46,136 nucleotides of DNA, taken from contig NW_024705421.1 of assembly GCF_018977255.1 (NCBI RefSeq), forward strand, positions 1 through 46,136, in the 5' to 3' direction. Positions 9,701 through 22,525 of this stretch are shown here, one piece after another. This DNA is from Callorhinchus milii. Taxonomy: Eukaryota. Below the pieces are notes generated by a model. That model saw nothing but the letters and a program-made list of their open reading frames with translations, did not search any database and was not told the origin of the DNA. The position numbers were made by a program, and so were the translations under genes. How positions within the stretch are numbered: position 1 is the stretch's first letter; each line of letters starts with the position of its first letter.

Positions 9701-11043
9701 GTGAGTTTAGAAGAGTACTTGGCTGCTATAAATGTCCACATGATAAGCCACTAAGTTGAGCTGTCGTTTGTGGCCAGGTCGCTTCTGATAAGAGCTATAA
9801 AGCTCTGTGGGCCTGACCTGGTAAAATAGAAATAGTTTATAGTTTAGTTATAGTTCATAAGAACTCGTGGCAAGGGTCAGTGTCTACTTCAAATATTGTT
9901 CAGGCTCTGGAGACCGCCAAAGTTATTCGTGATGTTATACATTTGTTCGTTTTGAGCATAATCGCGACCTTATATAATTATTACGTGATGCACACGCTGA
10001 ATATACGCACACACACATCGTGTACACGTGTGTCGTGCCCTCTATTGTCTACAACTCTACATAGACGGCTTGTGCTGACTAGAGAACGGTCTTAACGAAC
10101 AATGTCGTGACATGTATCAGCCCTTTGTCGATCCGGCGTTTTGATAGAGGCCTCCCCCACACCATGTCGTTCGTGGGAGTTGTTTAACCATACTTCACCA
10201 TGCCGGTCAATGCGGGTTTGGTGAAGTGAGGAGGCCCAGAAACTATATGCAGGCACGAGTTGGCCTGTGCTTGCATCTGCAGAATTACAATCTCACACAT
10301 CTTCAAGTATAGTTTAATACTTCTAGAAATACATTTATTCTTGAGGATTCCATAAAGTACTGTGGTAAAAAGAAAACGACTTGATTTGAATGCTTGTTGA
10401 ACAGGGAATGCTTTGAGTTTGTGGGTTGCATCTATCTGTGCTGAGTTGTGTTATTTCCCCATATGCAAGTGGGGTCTTTCTGGGTTCCACTCACACAAAC
10501 ATCTCAATGCAATGAGACCTTTCTGAAAATGCAGTACTTAGACTCAATGAGGCTTTCCTGGGTAACTAGTTAACATTGTAATAATTAGCATGAGAGAAAA
10601 TGACGTTGACTTATTAGTGCCATTAATAGTACTATACTGTACTTTTATTGAAGACTATTTTACGTAGTTGTTTGTAAAAAAGTGTCCATTCTCAAAACTT
10701 TTTGACGGGCCCTCGTACAGAAATGATATTACAATCTTTGGAGATTGCGAGTCAGAGTGTTGTGAATAGTGGACTGAACGTGTGGTGCCACCATTATATT
10801 GTTGGTGTATTTATACAGAAAGGCCTATTTGGTGGGTAACATTAGGAAAATGGAGGTAGTTAGTCATTGTTGTTAAACAAAATCTTATTTGGGTGGATGA
10901 GAGGAATAAAATCGTACATGATAGGAATGCAATATTGTGGAGTTCTGGTATAATGCGTTCTAGTATATATGAATCTTATGTCACCTTAAGTATGCCTTTG
11001 TGAGTACACACATGACACGGGTGACCTTTGTCTTTTGTTTCAG

Positions 11044-13122
11044 ATGTGCGAGAACAACTCCGCTGCTGCTAGTCATAGTGGTGCTGGGAGAATCGCCTTG
11101 ACCATCGATGGCGCTTCACCAGCACCCATCTTAACCCCACCTCAATGCGATCGAGTTACAAGAGGGAAAAAACTAATCTCTTGTGACGTTTGTGGGAAAA
11201 AATTCCAACTGGCATGGTGCCTAGATTCCCACCTCAAAACGCACAAGGAGACCCATGAGCAGTGGTGCGGCACATGCGGACAAAATTTGATCAGCCAGGA
11301 AAATTCAAAAGGCACATGAAGACCCACGAAAAGGATTATTTGATAAAGGGTGCACCAGGCTTGGTAAACAACGGCAGTTTTGCCAATGCGGTGTTGAAGC
11401 CACCGTCGCCCTATGAGATGTGCTCAGTCTGCGGATTTTTATGTCCTATTGAAATCTGAAAACTCATGAAAGTCTTCACGCACAGTTTTTGTACAGACCG
11501 AAGCCTGAACATGATTACGCTTCGACAAAAGATAGTGGCGTTAAGATAAATGACATGAAATCCAATTTTCTTGAATGCTTTGGCCTAGTTCCACGTCAAC
11601 AAACTGCTTCACCAGTCAGTGAGAATAAACCATACGCTGCTCTCGATCCTATTACGAGCATGAAAGTGTTGATGGCCTTGCAGCAGAAGAAGGAAAAGCG
11701 AAGGGGACGTAAGTCCATTAAAAGAAGAAAGACCACCACCAGCGTAACCAATTGCAGCAGTAGCAACAGCCAGAATTCGGACATCAAGAGGATGGACTGC
11801 ACGGAAGCAGGAGGCTGCGTGGAGCAGAGCATCCCCAAGGTGGATGAACCCAACCTGGCACCTTTGGGTACGTCCGAGTAATGCACACACTACATTTCAT
11901 TTGGATGTAATTGATAATTTCACAAATTAAGTAATGTACGCATGTGCTGACCATATTTGTATGCCAGTGCTGAGGAGTCTAGAGATCTGATGTGGTGCTG
12001 CTCGGATGTTGGGTTAAACTCTGGGTTTCAGTCACTGAGCCATGATTAAACTGGCTTCTCATTGATGGTCTTATCCAGTTACCAAACACTTCTTCCAGCA
12101 AACACTTCTGTTGTTGCGTGGCATGTAGGAAATTGCAAAACCTCCGAGTGGATAAAAAACGGTCACGAAGGGATGTCATGAGTAGTGCAATGATATCTCC
12201 TTCCACAAGCTGTTCTCTTACATGAGGTGGTTCACTGCTGTGTGAGAGTTGCACAGGGATACTTCATCTCATGACATGGAGCCAATAGCACGATTGGAAT
12301 GAAACTGAGCAAAATACATTGTTTGACAAATTCCAAAAAGTGTCTTTAATTTCTTAACCGGGGTAAATTTGATTTAAACAAGTGGGTCAATTTAGGGAAC
12401 ATTGTTAAATGAATAGACCGAGTCATTTCCATAATGGGAATTTCCTCTTCATTGTACTAACACCTAACTTCCATGCACATTTACTCGTTCTATTGCAGGT
12501 AATTATTGCTAATTAATGAGCTGTAATAGAATAATCTGGCTCAACCACCTCAGTGTTAAATTATAGTTGTTGCTCTGCATCAATATCAACCATACGAAGA
12601 AGTGCAAAATGTTGGGGCTTCAAAATAAGCCCCAAAAATGTGTTCTTTTGATATTTTTCAGGAAATCGGTTCTTGCTTTTCTACTATTTGTACGTATGTT
12701 GAACTTCTTTCGTACCATACGTAGCCAACCGTGCTAATCGGAGGTATTTGTTGCTGGCCATTTGGCATTTTGGGCCTTTGGGCCTGAGGTCAGCAACCGT
12801 GATTGATAAAACGTCCCATGTACATAGTGATGTTATGGCATCCACTGCATGGTGATGAATAAATGATGGATTAGCGCGTGCGTGTGCTCAATGGTGGATG
12901 TCTTGTGTTCCAGAGGAAAAGCCCTTCCCGTGCAGTGACTGCTCGTACAGAGCGACACAGAAGTCGCAGCTCAAGAGACACGTCCTGAGCGTTCACCACG
13001 TGCCCTTCGATAGCGCGCTCGACTCCGACTGCCCCAAGAAGAGAAGGCGGCTGGCTGGGTGCCAAGACAGCGGCCCAACTACGGATTTGGAGCGCGCACG
13101 ATGCACACGGAGAACTTCCTGA
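11044..13122 (+). pseudogene. C2H2 zinc-finger gene copy 1 (exons 11044-11867, 12914-13122) with two 1-bp deletions
   Basis: caaaatttg vs caaatatttg and gaaatctgaa vs gaaatcttgaa relative to copy 2; exon is 824 nt vs 826 nt. Confidence 0.8.
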
Positions 13123-13589
13123 TGATTTATTTCATCCTGAGGCTGAGGTACCACGTGTGGGGCGATGAACTCAAGGTTTTGTGCTGCGGACATTTCCATG
13201 ATGAAATTCCGTCATGTTCACTGCTGCCGAGGTAACCTCTATTTTTAGTCAATTGCTGTATTTTCTTGTATACAATATATTTAATAAATTGCCCTAATTT
13301 CATAACAAAGTTTTTTGGGTTAGATCGCGTAAGTATAAATTATATAATTGATTAGTGATCATTTAATTAGTATGTTTCCTCTATAAGTAATGATAAATGT
13401 AAGATGTCTTCTTCTTCCACGCGTTTGTCCCACTCACGTGGGGTCCGCCGTCCTTGCCACCTTCTCCACACCGCCCCGTCCCGCGCCATCTCTCCCTCCG
13501 CTCCACGGGCCACCACGTTCGACCGCATCACCACATCGCCCCACGTCTTCTTCTGCCTTCATCTCCTCATCTTACAATCACAATTACTT

Positions 13590-14550
13590 AATAACACGCT
13601 TCCAGCCGCACTAAGCCTGTAGCTGTCAGAGCGGTTAAAATTATTTGTATTTCTGTCAGTTTCAATGGATTCGCGAATTTGTCTTGGCCAGTAATAATTA
13701 GTTTTACACAAAACTTCATTGTTATCAAAATAATTTGAGTGTCGTTGTTGGAAAGCATGTTCTGCAACTTCCAACAGTTATGTTTGAGAGTGTTTAATAT
13801 TTATTTGGTGTTCTTTTAGTCTTACGCTAATGTTATGTCCCTTCTGTCCAATATAACATCTGCCACATAAGCAATTAATCCGATACACACCATCTGTTGA
13901 TAACTTAGGCAATTCATCTTTAGTACCAGATAAAAAAAATTTGTGTACCATTCCAAATCTTACTTAGATTTTTTGCTTTTCCAAAACTAGAACTAATTTG
14001 TCAGTTACTCCCGCGATATGGTATTTAATGTTTTAATAATCTGATCGCTTTCAGCAGTATTGCTGTTCGATCTAGGTTTGGTATTCACTGCTCTGTTAAT
14101 TTGAGCATTATTGTAGCCATTCAATCGTAGCGCTTCTTTGACATGTTTAATCTCTCTCCTCAGACTTTCACCATCTGACATTGTTTTAGCCTGATGTATG
14201 AGCGTCTTGATGAGAGATGATTTCTGTGCGGGGTTCCCTTTCGGTAAACGCAGTGTGTTATTTTACCATTTAGGCCTCGTCCGAGCAAAATATCCAGGAA
14301 AGGGAGTGTGTTATTCACCTCCATTTCCATGGTCAACTGTATGGCCGGTTTTTTTTAATTGAGATGATTTAGACATTCATTCATTAAGTGTATCCTTACC
14401 ATGTGGGCAGACAACAACTAAACCAAAAAGATGGTTTTAATGTACTTGAAGCAAGTGCTCTTGCTTCAAAGTTTCCATGTACAGATTCGCTATAGCAGGA
14501 GATAAAGGAGAGCCCATTGCTGCTCCTTCCTTTTGTTTAAAGAAATCACC
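13590..14550 (-). mobile_element. Degenerate PLE of a second family (RT C-half + EN); copy at ~27812-28760
   Basis: QKEGAAMGSPLSPAIANLYME; PAQKSSLIKTL; EALRLNGY; PRQIRESIE...NFNRSD; many indels. Confidence 0.85.
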
Positions 14551-14639
14551 TCTCCATAGGAAATAAGTCTGTTAGAGGCCACGGGGGGGGGGGGGGGGAG
14601 TTTATCGTTGTGTTTGTCGCTGCGAGCAGACGGCGCGCA

Positions 14640-14783
14640 ATGGAGAGCTTGCTCAGAGCGGAGCTGGGCACGGACTCGGCGAGGCCGCTGGGCGCTGCGG
14701 CCGGTGGAGGCTGCATCAGCGCCGGGCAGAGCTACGAGACGGGGCGCGGACACGTGTTCACCAAGATCAACGCCAAGAGCGGG
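14640..14783 (+). pseudogene. FN3KRP: FN3K/FN3KRP exon-1-like fragment
   Basis: Same 48-codon fragment; the block 14582-16160 duplicates 2937-4520. Confidence 0.8.
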
Positions 14784-16203
14784 GCACCCTCCTCTACACC
14801 TCCTCACCATGCCACCTCGCCTCCTCACTACGCCACGTCACCACCTCACCTCCTTCTACCCTCCTCTTCGCCTCCTCACCCTACACATCCACTCACCCAC
14901 TCACCCACTCATCCACTCACCCACTCATCCAGTAACCCATTAATCCAGTAACCCACTCATCCAGTCACCCACAGCATCCGGTCACTGACTCAATCACCCT
15001 ATCACACACTCATCCACTCGTTTACTCAAACACTCACCCATTTACTCACCCACCCGCTCACCACCATGCAGGTCACCTCACTCTTCTTTCAGCTTTATCA
15101 GTTTGCACTGCTCCACTCTGGAATCCCCACCCGGTCTTCCTATTTCCCCAAACTCTTGCAACAATAAACTTGATCAATTTAAGGAACGTGTTTCTATGAT
15201 CTTAATTATCTAATTACTCATTGGACAGTTATGTATTATTTTTTGTTGTTGCTGGCCGCTTGGCGTTTTGTATTGTGTGGGGTTTGCATAGCTGGCAACC
15301 CCTTATCATTGCCTCTCTTATTACAGACCAATTCAGACCTTGTTGGTCACCCCGTGCCCCTTATAAATCTCAACGTTCATCCTACAAAGTCCCATCACAA
15401 GGGAGAAGCACACACAAATAGACTTAACACAAATGTTGCCCGTTTTGAAACGGCTGTGTGCCGTATGGACCTGAAAACTCACTTCCCCCAACAGAATACG
15501 GGTAAACCGTGTGGGTTGACAGCTACGGGTTTTGTTGTGTTTGCGAGTCCAAGTTATAGGACTGCACCCTGGGTTGTGCGTGGTTCTCATTGGTGGGAGA
15601 TTCCCTTCGCTGCGTTGCACGCCAGTGGCTGGGGGCTGCCTGGGGCCAGTGACGTGTGAGCCGGTCCCAATGTGCACCGGCAAACATTTATCGCTAGGTG
15701 ACCCCAGTGTTTATTGCCCGTCTACACGTGAATACCTGAAGCCCATGTCACTCCACTGCTGGATGAGTCCCGCAATGAAGATACAATCAGTACATCCACT
15801 TTGCTTTTGCACTCTACCTGTGTAGTGCCATAGGAGGGGAGGGGCTGCTGGGGGCTCTGGGACCATAGACAGTTAAGCCCCTTGGCGCCACCAACGGGGG
15901 GGCTGTGTGTGTTCTGTGGGATATCTGGGGGCGCACACAACCCCTCCCCTCGTTGGGGACGAGGCATAAAAGGGCAGCTCCCTGGCCGATCGGGGCCAGT
16001 CGCAGCTCAAGACCCAAGACCTGCCAGCTAGCAAGCTTAGGACCCTGGACCCCCTCGTCCCGCTTGTCCTTGTAAGGGCCGGGACGCTGTGAGGGCCAGT
16101 GGTGGGACTCTGGGACTCCCGGCTCTACGTCCTTGTAAGGGCGAGTTCCGAGGAAGCCAGAGTAGCGTAGCCAGAGTAGTGTATCTAGGCTGTGTACCTA
16201 GGC

Positions 16204-16380
16204 CAGACATGGGCAAAGTACGGCCCGTGGGGCATATACGGCCCGTTGGGCTATTTAATCCGGCCCGCCGAACTTGTCCAAATATTATTATTAAATAAAA
16301 TTTTACCTTCCTCCTGTAATGCCCCCATTTCCCCAATAGATGGCGCACTTTGACCGGGAGAGAGAGAGAATATTCGTATG
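16204..16380 (+). mobile_element. hAT (Charlie/Buster-like) element left end; right boundary uncertain
   Basis: cagacatgggcaaagtacggcccg with subterminal ggcccg repeats, preceded by an NNCTAGNN-type target (acctaggc); truncates the LTR. Confidence 0.6.
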
Positions 16381-17048
16381 AGAAATTCATGTTTATATTG
16401 AAAGTAAGTTAACAGTAATATTTGGGTACAGTATTGTTTTTGGAAGCATTCACCGTAATATCGTATGAACGTTTACTTCACCGCATCATCGTATGAATGA
16501 TGCGAGAAGAGATTAACGGGTTCTTATGTTAGCGATTTACGTACTCGGCGCTTTCGCTCTATAAAAATTACGGCTTGAATGAGGGGGGGGGGGTATGACT
16601 ACATCACAAAATTAATATCTTACTAGTAATTTTATATAACAAAAGTTATATACATAACTGTTACGCTTTGTGTAATTCAACAAAACTTAACTCCGAGTTC
16701 TCTCCGAATTTCACGAGTCCGTTCTAGACCCCACAGTTTTTTTTAAAGAGTTTTAAGCACAGAAAACATAATTAAAGTTTAAAAAATCATTAATTATACA
16801 AACTTTTCAATAATTTCCTTCTTCACTTCGATTTCAGTTTTCTTTAAAAACTTCTTCTCACCAACATTACCACTCATTACCACTTTCTCCGAAGGCAAGT
16901 TTGTAGAAGAATACATGGTACAGACAGCAGACATCTTAAATTTCGATTTAAAGCTTTCGTGACTGCAGGGATTCATCTTCTTGGTTCTTTCGGTAAAGTC
17001 ACGTAGAAGGGAAGTAATACAATAATAAAATAAAACATAATAAAATTA

Positions 17049-17097
17049 TTCTCACGACGTTTCGGCCACAACGCAAGCAGCCGTCCTCAGGTGAAAA
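17049..17097 (-). ncRNA. Minimal type I hammerhead ribozyme
   Basis: Identical to 762-810. Confidence 0.88.
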
Positions 17098-19509
17098 CCA
17101 GGTCCGTCGAGGCGACAGAATCTGAATGAAACAGCACACGAGCTTGGAGCATATATATAAGCTGGGCGCCTTGACAAAGGAATTTGCATATCAAGAGGAA
17201 TTTAGCATATTTATGGGAAATGCAGGAATGTGATTAGTACTACATATGCATGTGCATTATGCAGGATTAACTGCATCAAAGGGAGCTGCAGTTGCTGCTG
17301 CTGCTGCAGTTGCTGCTGCAGTTGCTGCTGCTGCTGCAGTTGCTGCAGAGCTTCGAGACGGGGCGCGGACACGTGTTCACCAAGATCAACTCCAAGAGCG
17401 GGGCACCCTCTTCTACGCCTCCTCACCATGCCACCTCGCCTCCTCACTACGCCACGTCACCACCTCACCTCCTCTACCCTCCTCTTTGCCTCCTCACCCA
17501 CTCACCCACTCATACACTCACCGACTCATCCACTCACCCACTCATCCAGTAACCCATTAATCCAGTAACCTACTCATCCAGTCACCTACTCATCCAGTCA
17601 CCCACGCATCCGGTCACTGACTCAATCACCCTATCACACCCTCCTCCACTCGTTTACTCAAACACTCAACCATTTACTCATCCACCCGCTCACCACCATG
17701 CAGGTCACCTCACTCTTCTTTTTAGCTTCATCAGTTTGCACTGCTCCACTCTGGAATCCCCACTCGGTCTTCCTATTTCCCCAAACTCTTGCAACAATAA
17801 ACTTGATAAATTTAAGGAACGTGTTTCTATGATCTTAATTATCTAATTACTCATTGGACAGTTATGTATTATTTTTTGTTTTTGCTGGCCGCTTGGCGTT
17901 TTGTATTGTGTGGGGTTTGCATAGCTGTCAACCCCTTATCATTGCCTACCTTATTACAGACCAATTCAGACCTTGTTGGTCACCCCGTGCCCCTTAGAAA
18001 TCTCAACGTTCATCCTACAAAGTCCCATCACAAGGGAGACGCGCACACAAATAGACTTAACATAAATGTTGCCCGTTTTTAAACGGCTGTCTGTCGTATG
18101 GACCTGAAAACTCACTTCCCCCCAACAGAATACGGGTAAACCGTGTGCGTTGACAGCTACAGGTTTTGTTGTGTTTGCGAGTCCAAGTTATAGGACTGCA
18201 CCCTGGGTTGTGCGTGGTTCTCATTGGTGGGAGATTCCCTTCGCTGCGTTGCAAGCCAGTGGCTGGAGGCTGCCTGGGGCCAGTGACGTGTGAGCCGGTC
18301 CCAATGTGCACCGGCAAACATTTATCGCTAGGTGGCCCCAGTGTTTATTGCCCGTCTACACGTGGATACCTGAAGCCCATGTCACTCCACTGCTGGATGA
18401 GTCCCGCAATGAAGATACAATCAGTACATCCACTTTGCTTTTGCACTCCACCTGTGTAGTGCCATAAGAGGGGAGGGGCTGCTGGGGGCTCTGGGACCCC
18501 AGACAGTTAAGCCCCTTGGCGCCACCAATGGGGGGGCTGTGTGTGTTCTGTGGGATATCTGGGGGCGCACACAACCCCACCCCTAGTTGGGGACGAGGCA
18601 TAAAAGGGCAGCTCCCTGGCCGGTCGGAGCCAGTCACAGTTCAAGACCCGCCAGCCAGCCAGCTTAGGACCCTGGACCCCCTCGTCCCGCTTGTCCTTGT
18701 AAGGGCCGGGACGCTGTGAGGGCCAGTGGTGGGACTGGGACTCCCGGCTCTACGTCCTTGTAAGGGCGAGTTCCGAGGAAGCCAGAGTTTAGACCCGCAC
18801 CTTGGCTGGGTCGGGTCAGGTAGCCTCCCCTAGGGTAATTGTAGCCGGAGGACCCGAGAGCGTAGCCAGTCAGGCACGCTCGGAATAGGCTGTGTCCATA
18901 GGCTGTAACAGAGTATCAGGACTATTGGAGTGTTGTATCGTAATAAAGAAGTTACCTCTACAAATGTCTCCGGAGCCCATTACATATGTGCTCAAGTTCA
19001 CTGGCTAAATGGCGCTGGTCGGAGATGCAGCGGATTATTTTTTTTCTGCCTGAGAACGACCGCTTGTGTTGCGATTGAAACGTCGTGACATATTATTTAT
19101 TTTCCCTACGTGGCTTTACCGAAAGAACCAAAGAGTATGGATTTCTGCAGTCACGAAAGCTTAACATCAACACCCAAATAAGATTTTGTATATGAACAGC
19201 AACGACTTAACTATCTTCATTTTCCCAATGCTACCCACCAGAGATCCTTTCTGTATATACACAACAGCAAGCTAATTATGGCACCATACTTTCAGTCCCT
19301 ATTCGTGACACACTTGACTCCCAATCCTCATACAAGATTGCAATATAATTTCTGCATGAGGGCCCATCAAAAAGTGTTGAGAATGGACACTTTTTTCCTA
19401 AAAACTATGTAAAATTGTCTTAATACAAAGTCCAGTATAGTACTATTCGTGGCACTCGTAAGTGAACTTCATTATTGCTCATGCTAATTATTACAATGTT
19501 AACTATTTA

Positions 19510-20471
19510 TATTCTTAGGTTTGAGACTATGAATAGACTGCGTAACAAAAGACTGAGCCTTTATTATGGAGAGGTTCGGTTTGTGACTACGCCTAGCCTA
19601 CATAACAAAAGTGTGAAAAAAGAAAGCTAAACCTGGTAGAAAGCTAAACCTGGTGAAAAAACTGGCTGTCTATCAGTAACCTGCAATAGTTTTCTGTCAA
19701 ATAAGATGGTCCAAATAAGTGTAGTTAAATCTTTTTTGCATGGTTAAGCACATCTTTCCAATGATTGAAGGTGCGGCTTGAGACTATGAATAGACTGCAT
19801 AACAAAAGACTGAGCCTTTATTATGGAGAGACCAAGGTGCTCTGCAAACCTCCTGGCTACCATCAAAGGTTTGTACACGAAGCCATACAAGTATACAAAC
19901 ACAGACATAATTTCAACCGTGATGATGGTTACAAACTGAGTAATCATTGGAAAGATGTGATTAAACATGCAAAAACGATTTAACTACACTTATTTGGACC
20001 ATTTTATTTGACAGAAAACTATTACAGGTTACTGATAGACAGCCAGTTTTGTTTTACCAGGTTTAGCTTTATACCAGGTTTAGCTTTCTTTTTTCACACT
20101 TTTGTTATGTAGGCTAGGCGTAGTCACAAACCGAACCTCTCCACAATAAAGGCTCAGTCTTTTGTTATGCAGTCTATTCATAGTCTCAAACCGCACCTTA
20201 CCATAATCATAAAAAGTGGGCCATTCCTGGTCCTTCCCCCCCCCCTCAACCATTATATATACGGAGTGGTATCTCCTGTAATCTCTCATTTACTTGATAC
20301 AGCTGTCGGGCTGTGGCGGTTCCACCTGAAGACGGAAGCTTGTGTTGCCTCTGAAACGTCGTGATTTTTATTTTATTTTACTTTTATTAATTTTAATTTT
20401 TTACCTACGTGACTTTACCGAAAAAACCTAACAATATGAATCCTAGCAGTCACGAAAACTTCAAATCTGGA
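19510..20471 (+). mobile_element. Unit-2 copy of the TSD-flanked PLE with inverted 5' segments
   Basis: Matches 5244-6205 at offset 14266. Confidence 0.88.
20320..20366 (+). ncRNA. Minimal type I hammerhead ribozyme
   Basis: Identical to 6054-6100. Confidence 0.8.
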
Positions 20472-21919
20472 GTTAACTATTTACCCAGGAAGGCTTCATT
20501 GAGTGTCAAGCCTGATTTTTGAAGGAAGTTTCCCATTGCATTGAGATATTTGGCAATTGCATTAATGAGCATTTGGCTCTGTGTGAGTAGAACCCAGAGA
20601 GACCCCCCCCCCACCTTGCACATGGGGAAATAGCACAACTCTGCATAGATTATACCCACACTCGATAAATAATTCAAACCGAGTTGTTTTCTTTTTACCG
20701 TTGTACTGTATAGAATTATTAAGTATAAATGCATCTTTATATTAAACTATTCTGAAAGATGTGTCATTCATTTGCAAATGAGAATGTAATGTCGCAGATG
20801 CGACCACAGGCCAACTTGAATCTGCATGTAGTTTCTGGGCCTCTTCACTTCACCAACCCGCATTCACCAGCGTGGTGAAGTATGATTAAACAACTCCCAC
20901 GACTGACATGGTGTGGGGGAGGCCTCTATCAAACGCTGCATCGACAAGGGGCTGATATGTCACGACATTGTATGGTAAGACCGTTCTCTAGCCAACACAA
21001 GAAGTCTACGTAGAAAGACGATGCGGCACACGTGTACACGATGTTTGTGTGCGTACGTTCAGTGTGTGTATCACGTGCACAATTATATCAGGTCGCGATT
21101 ATGCTCAAACATCACGAACAACTCTCGACGTCTCCAGAGCCTGAACATTTCAAGTAGACACTGACCCTTGCCACGATTTGTATTGTACCAGTTAAGGGCC
21201 ACGGAGCCATGTAGCTCTATTTCAGAAGCGACCTGGACACAAGTGAAAACTAAACGAAGTGGCTTATGTGGACATTTATAGCAGCCAAGTGCTCTAAACT
21301 CACGTTTCTAAATGTGGAGGGGAAAGCCGAAGGACCAGGAGAATAATCTATGCGACCACGGGGGAAATAAAAATATACAAATACAGAGCAGGCGTCAGGG
21401 TCGTGATGGAACCTGCACGCTGCTGTAGGCCTGGCGAGGTAGTTAACATCTCGCCACCGCGGCGCCCCTTATTAAAAGCTTAGCCGTGTCTAGCAAGGTT
21501 ATTGACGCACATCACTCGACTCACGGCACCACAAGTGATGTATTAAACAAATAAAACAATAATAAAGTAGAGAGGCGCTACTGACATTTAACAATGTTCT
21601 TAATTTAAAGCTTTCGTGACTGCAGGGATTCATTTTCTTTGTTCATTCGGTAAAGTCACGTAGAAGGGAAATAATAAAATAATATTCATATAAAACAATA
21701 AAAATTCTCACGACGTTTTGACTGCAACACAAGCAATCATCAACAGGTGTGAAATCCACAAAGAAAATTTGAAAAAAGTGGCAGTTTTACCTTATGTCAG
21801 CACCAAGGACAGCGATTTGGCAGTTTGCCAGATGGACGATTCCATCTATGTTCGGAAAAGAGGAGGGGGGAGCAGAAAATGGAATGCAGTCTGAAAGTCA
21901 CCGTAAGCGTGAACACAAT

Positions 21920-22525
21920 TGTAATATTGTGAATTACGGCGGGAGACCACTTAACTCTTTCCTTGGGCACAATAACACGTGTGGACAACTACAGCTCACG
22001 CTACACGTTCCACCCAGCCACACACACACGGGCTCTCCAGCCCCGTAGCTTCCAGGGGAACCTACAGACCCACCCCAGCTTGGGTATGGGTCACGACCAC
22101 TGGGTCCCGCAGCCTGGCCCTCACACGGACGTCCGGCCCCGGGTCCCAAGGTCCCGCCTCTGAGCCACACAGGGTCCCGGCCCTTACAAGGACAGCGGGA
22201 CTAGGGGTCTCAGGGCCCTATCTCTTCCTCCTCCGTCTTCCGTCTTCACTGGTCACCAACTCCCCGAGCGCCCGCGCGCATCGCCTTTTATAGTCCTCCG
22301 CTCCCGGGGAGACGGAGCCTATGCGGACGTCGATGTGAGCACCACCCTAGTTGACCAATCACCACGCGCTGCCACACGATCCCTTTTCCCAGCTCGTGTC
22401 AGCGCACACAACCAATCAGCACGCGCTGCCACACGATCCATCACTGTCAGCGCGCGTCACCACTATACAGCCAATCACCACGCGCTGCCCCACGATCCCT
22501 ACTGCCAGCGCGTATCACCCCTACA
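21920..22525 (-). mobile_element. Solo LTR, unit-2 copy
   Basis: tgta...taca termini with caat TSD. Confidence 0.85.

Larger units (their letters stand above)
1..16288. repeat. Tandem segmental duplication unit 1 (begins before the window)
   Basis: Position 1 (tattaaataaaattttacc) recurs at 16289. ORF pairs recur at offsets 16287 (507/16794), 14266 (3598/17864) and 14221 (11035/25256). Confidence 0.95.

Noticed and set aside
12700..12745. ~45-bp match to 39900-39945
   Set aside because: Short piece of an interspersed repeat; cannot be classified or bounded from this window.
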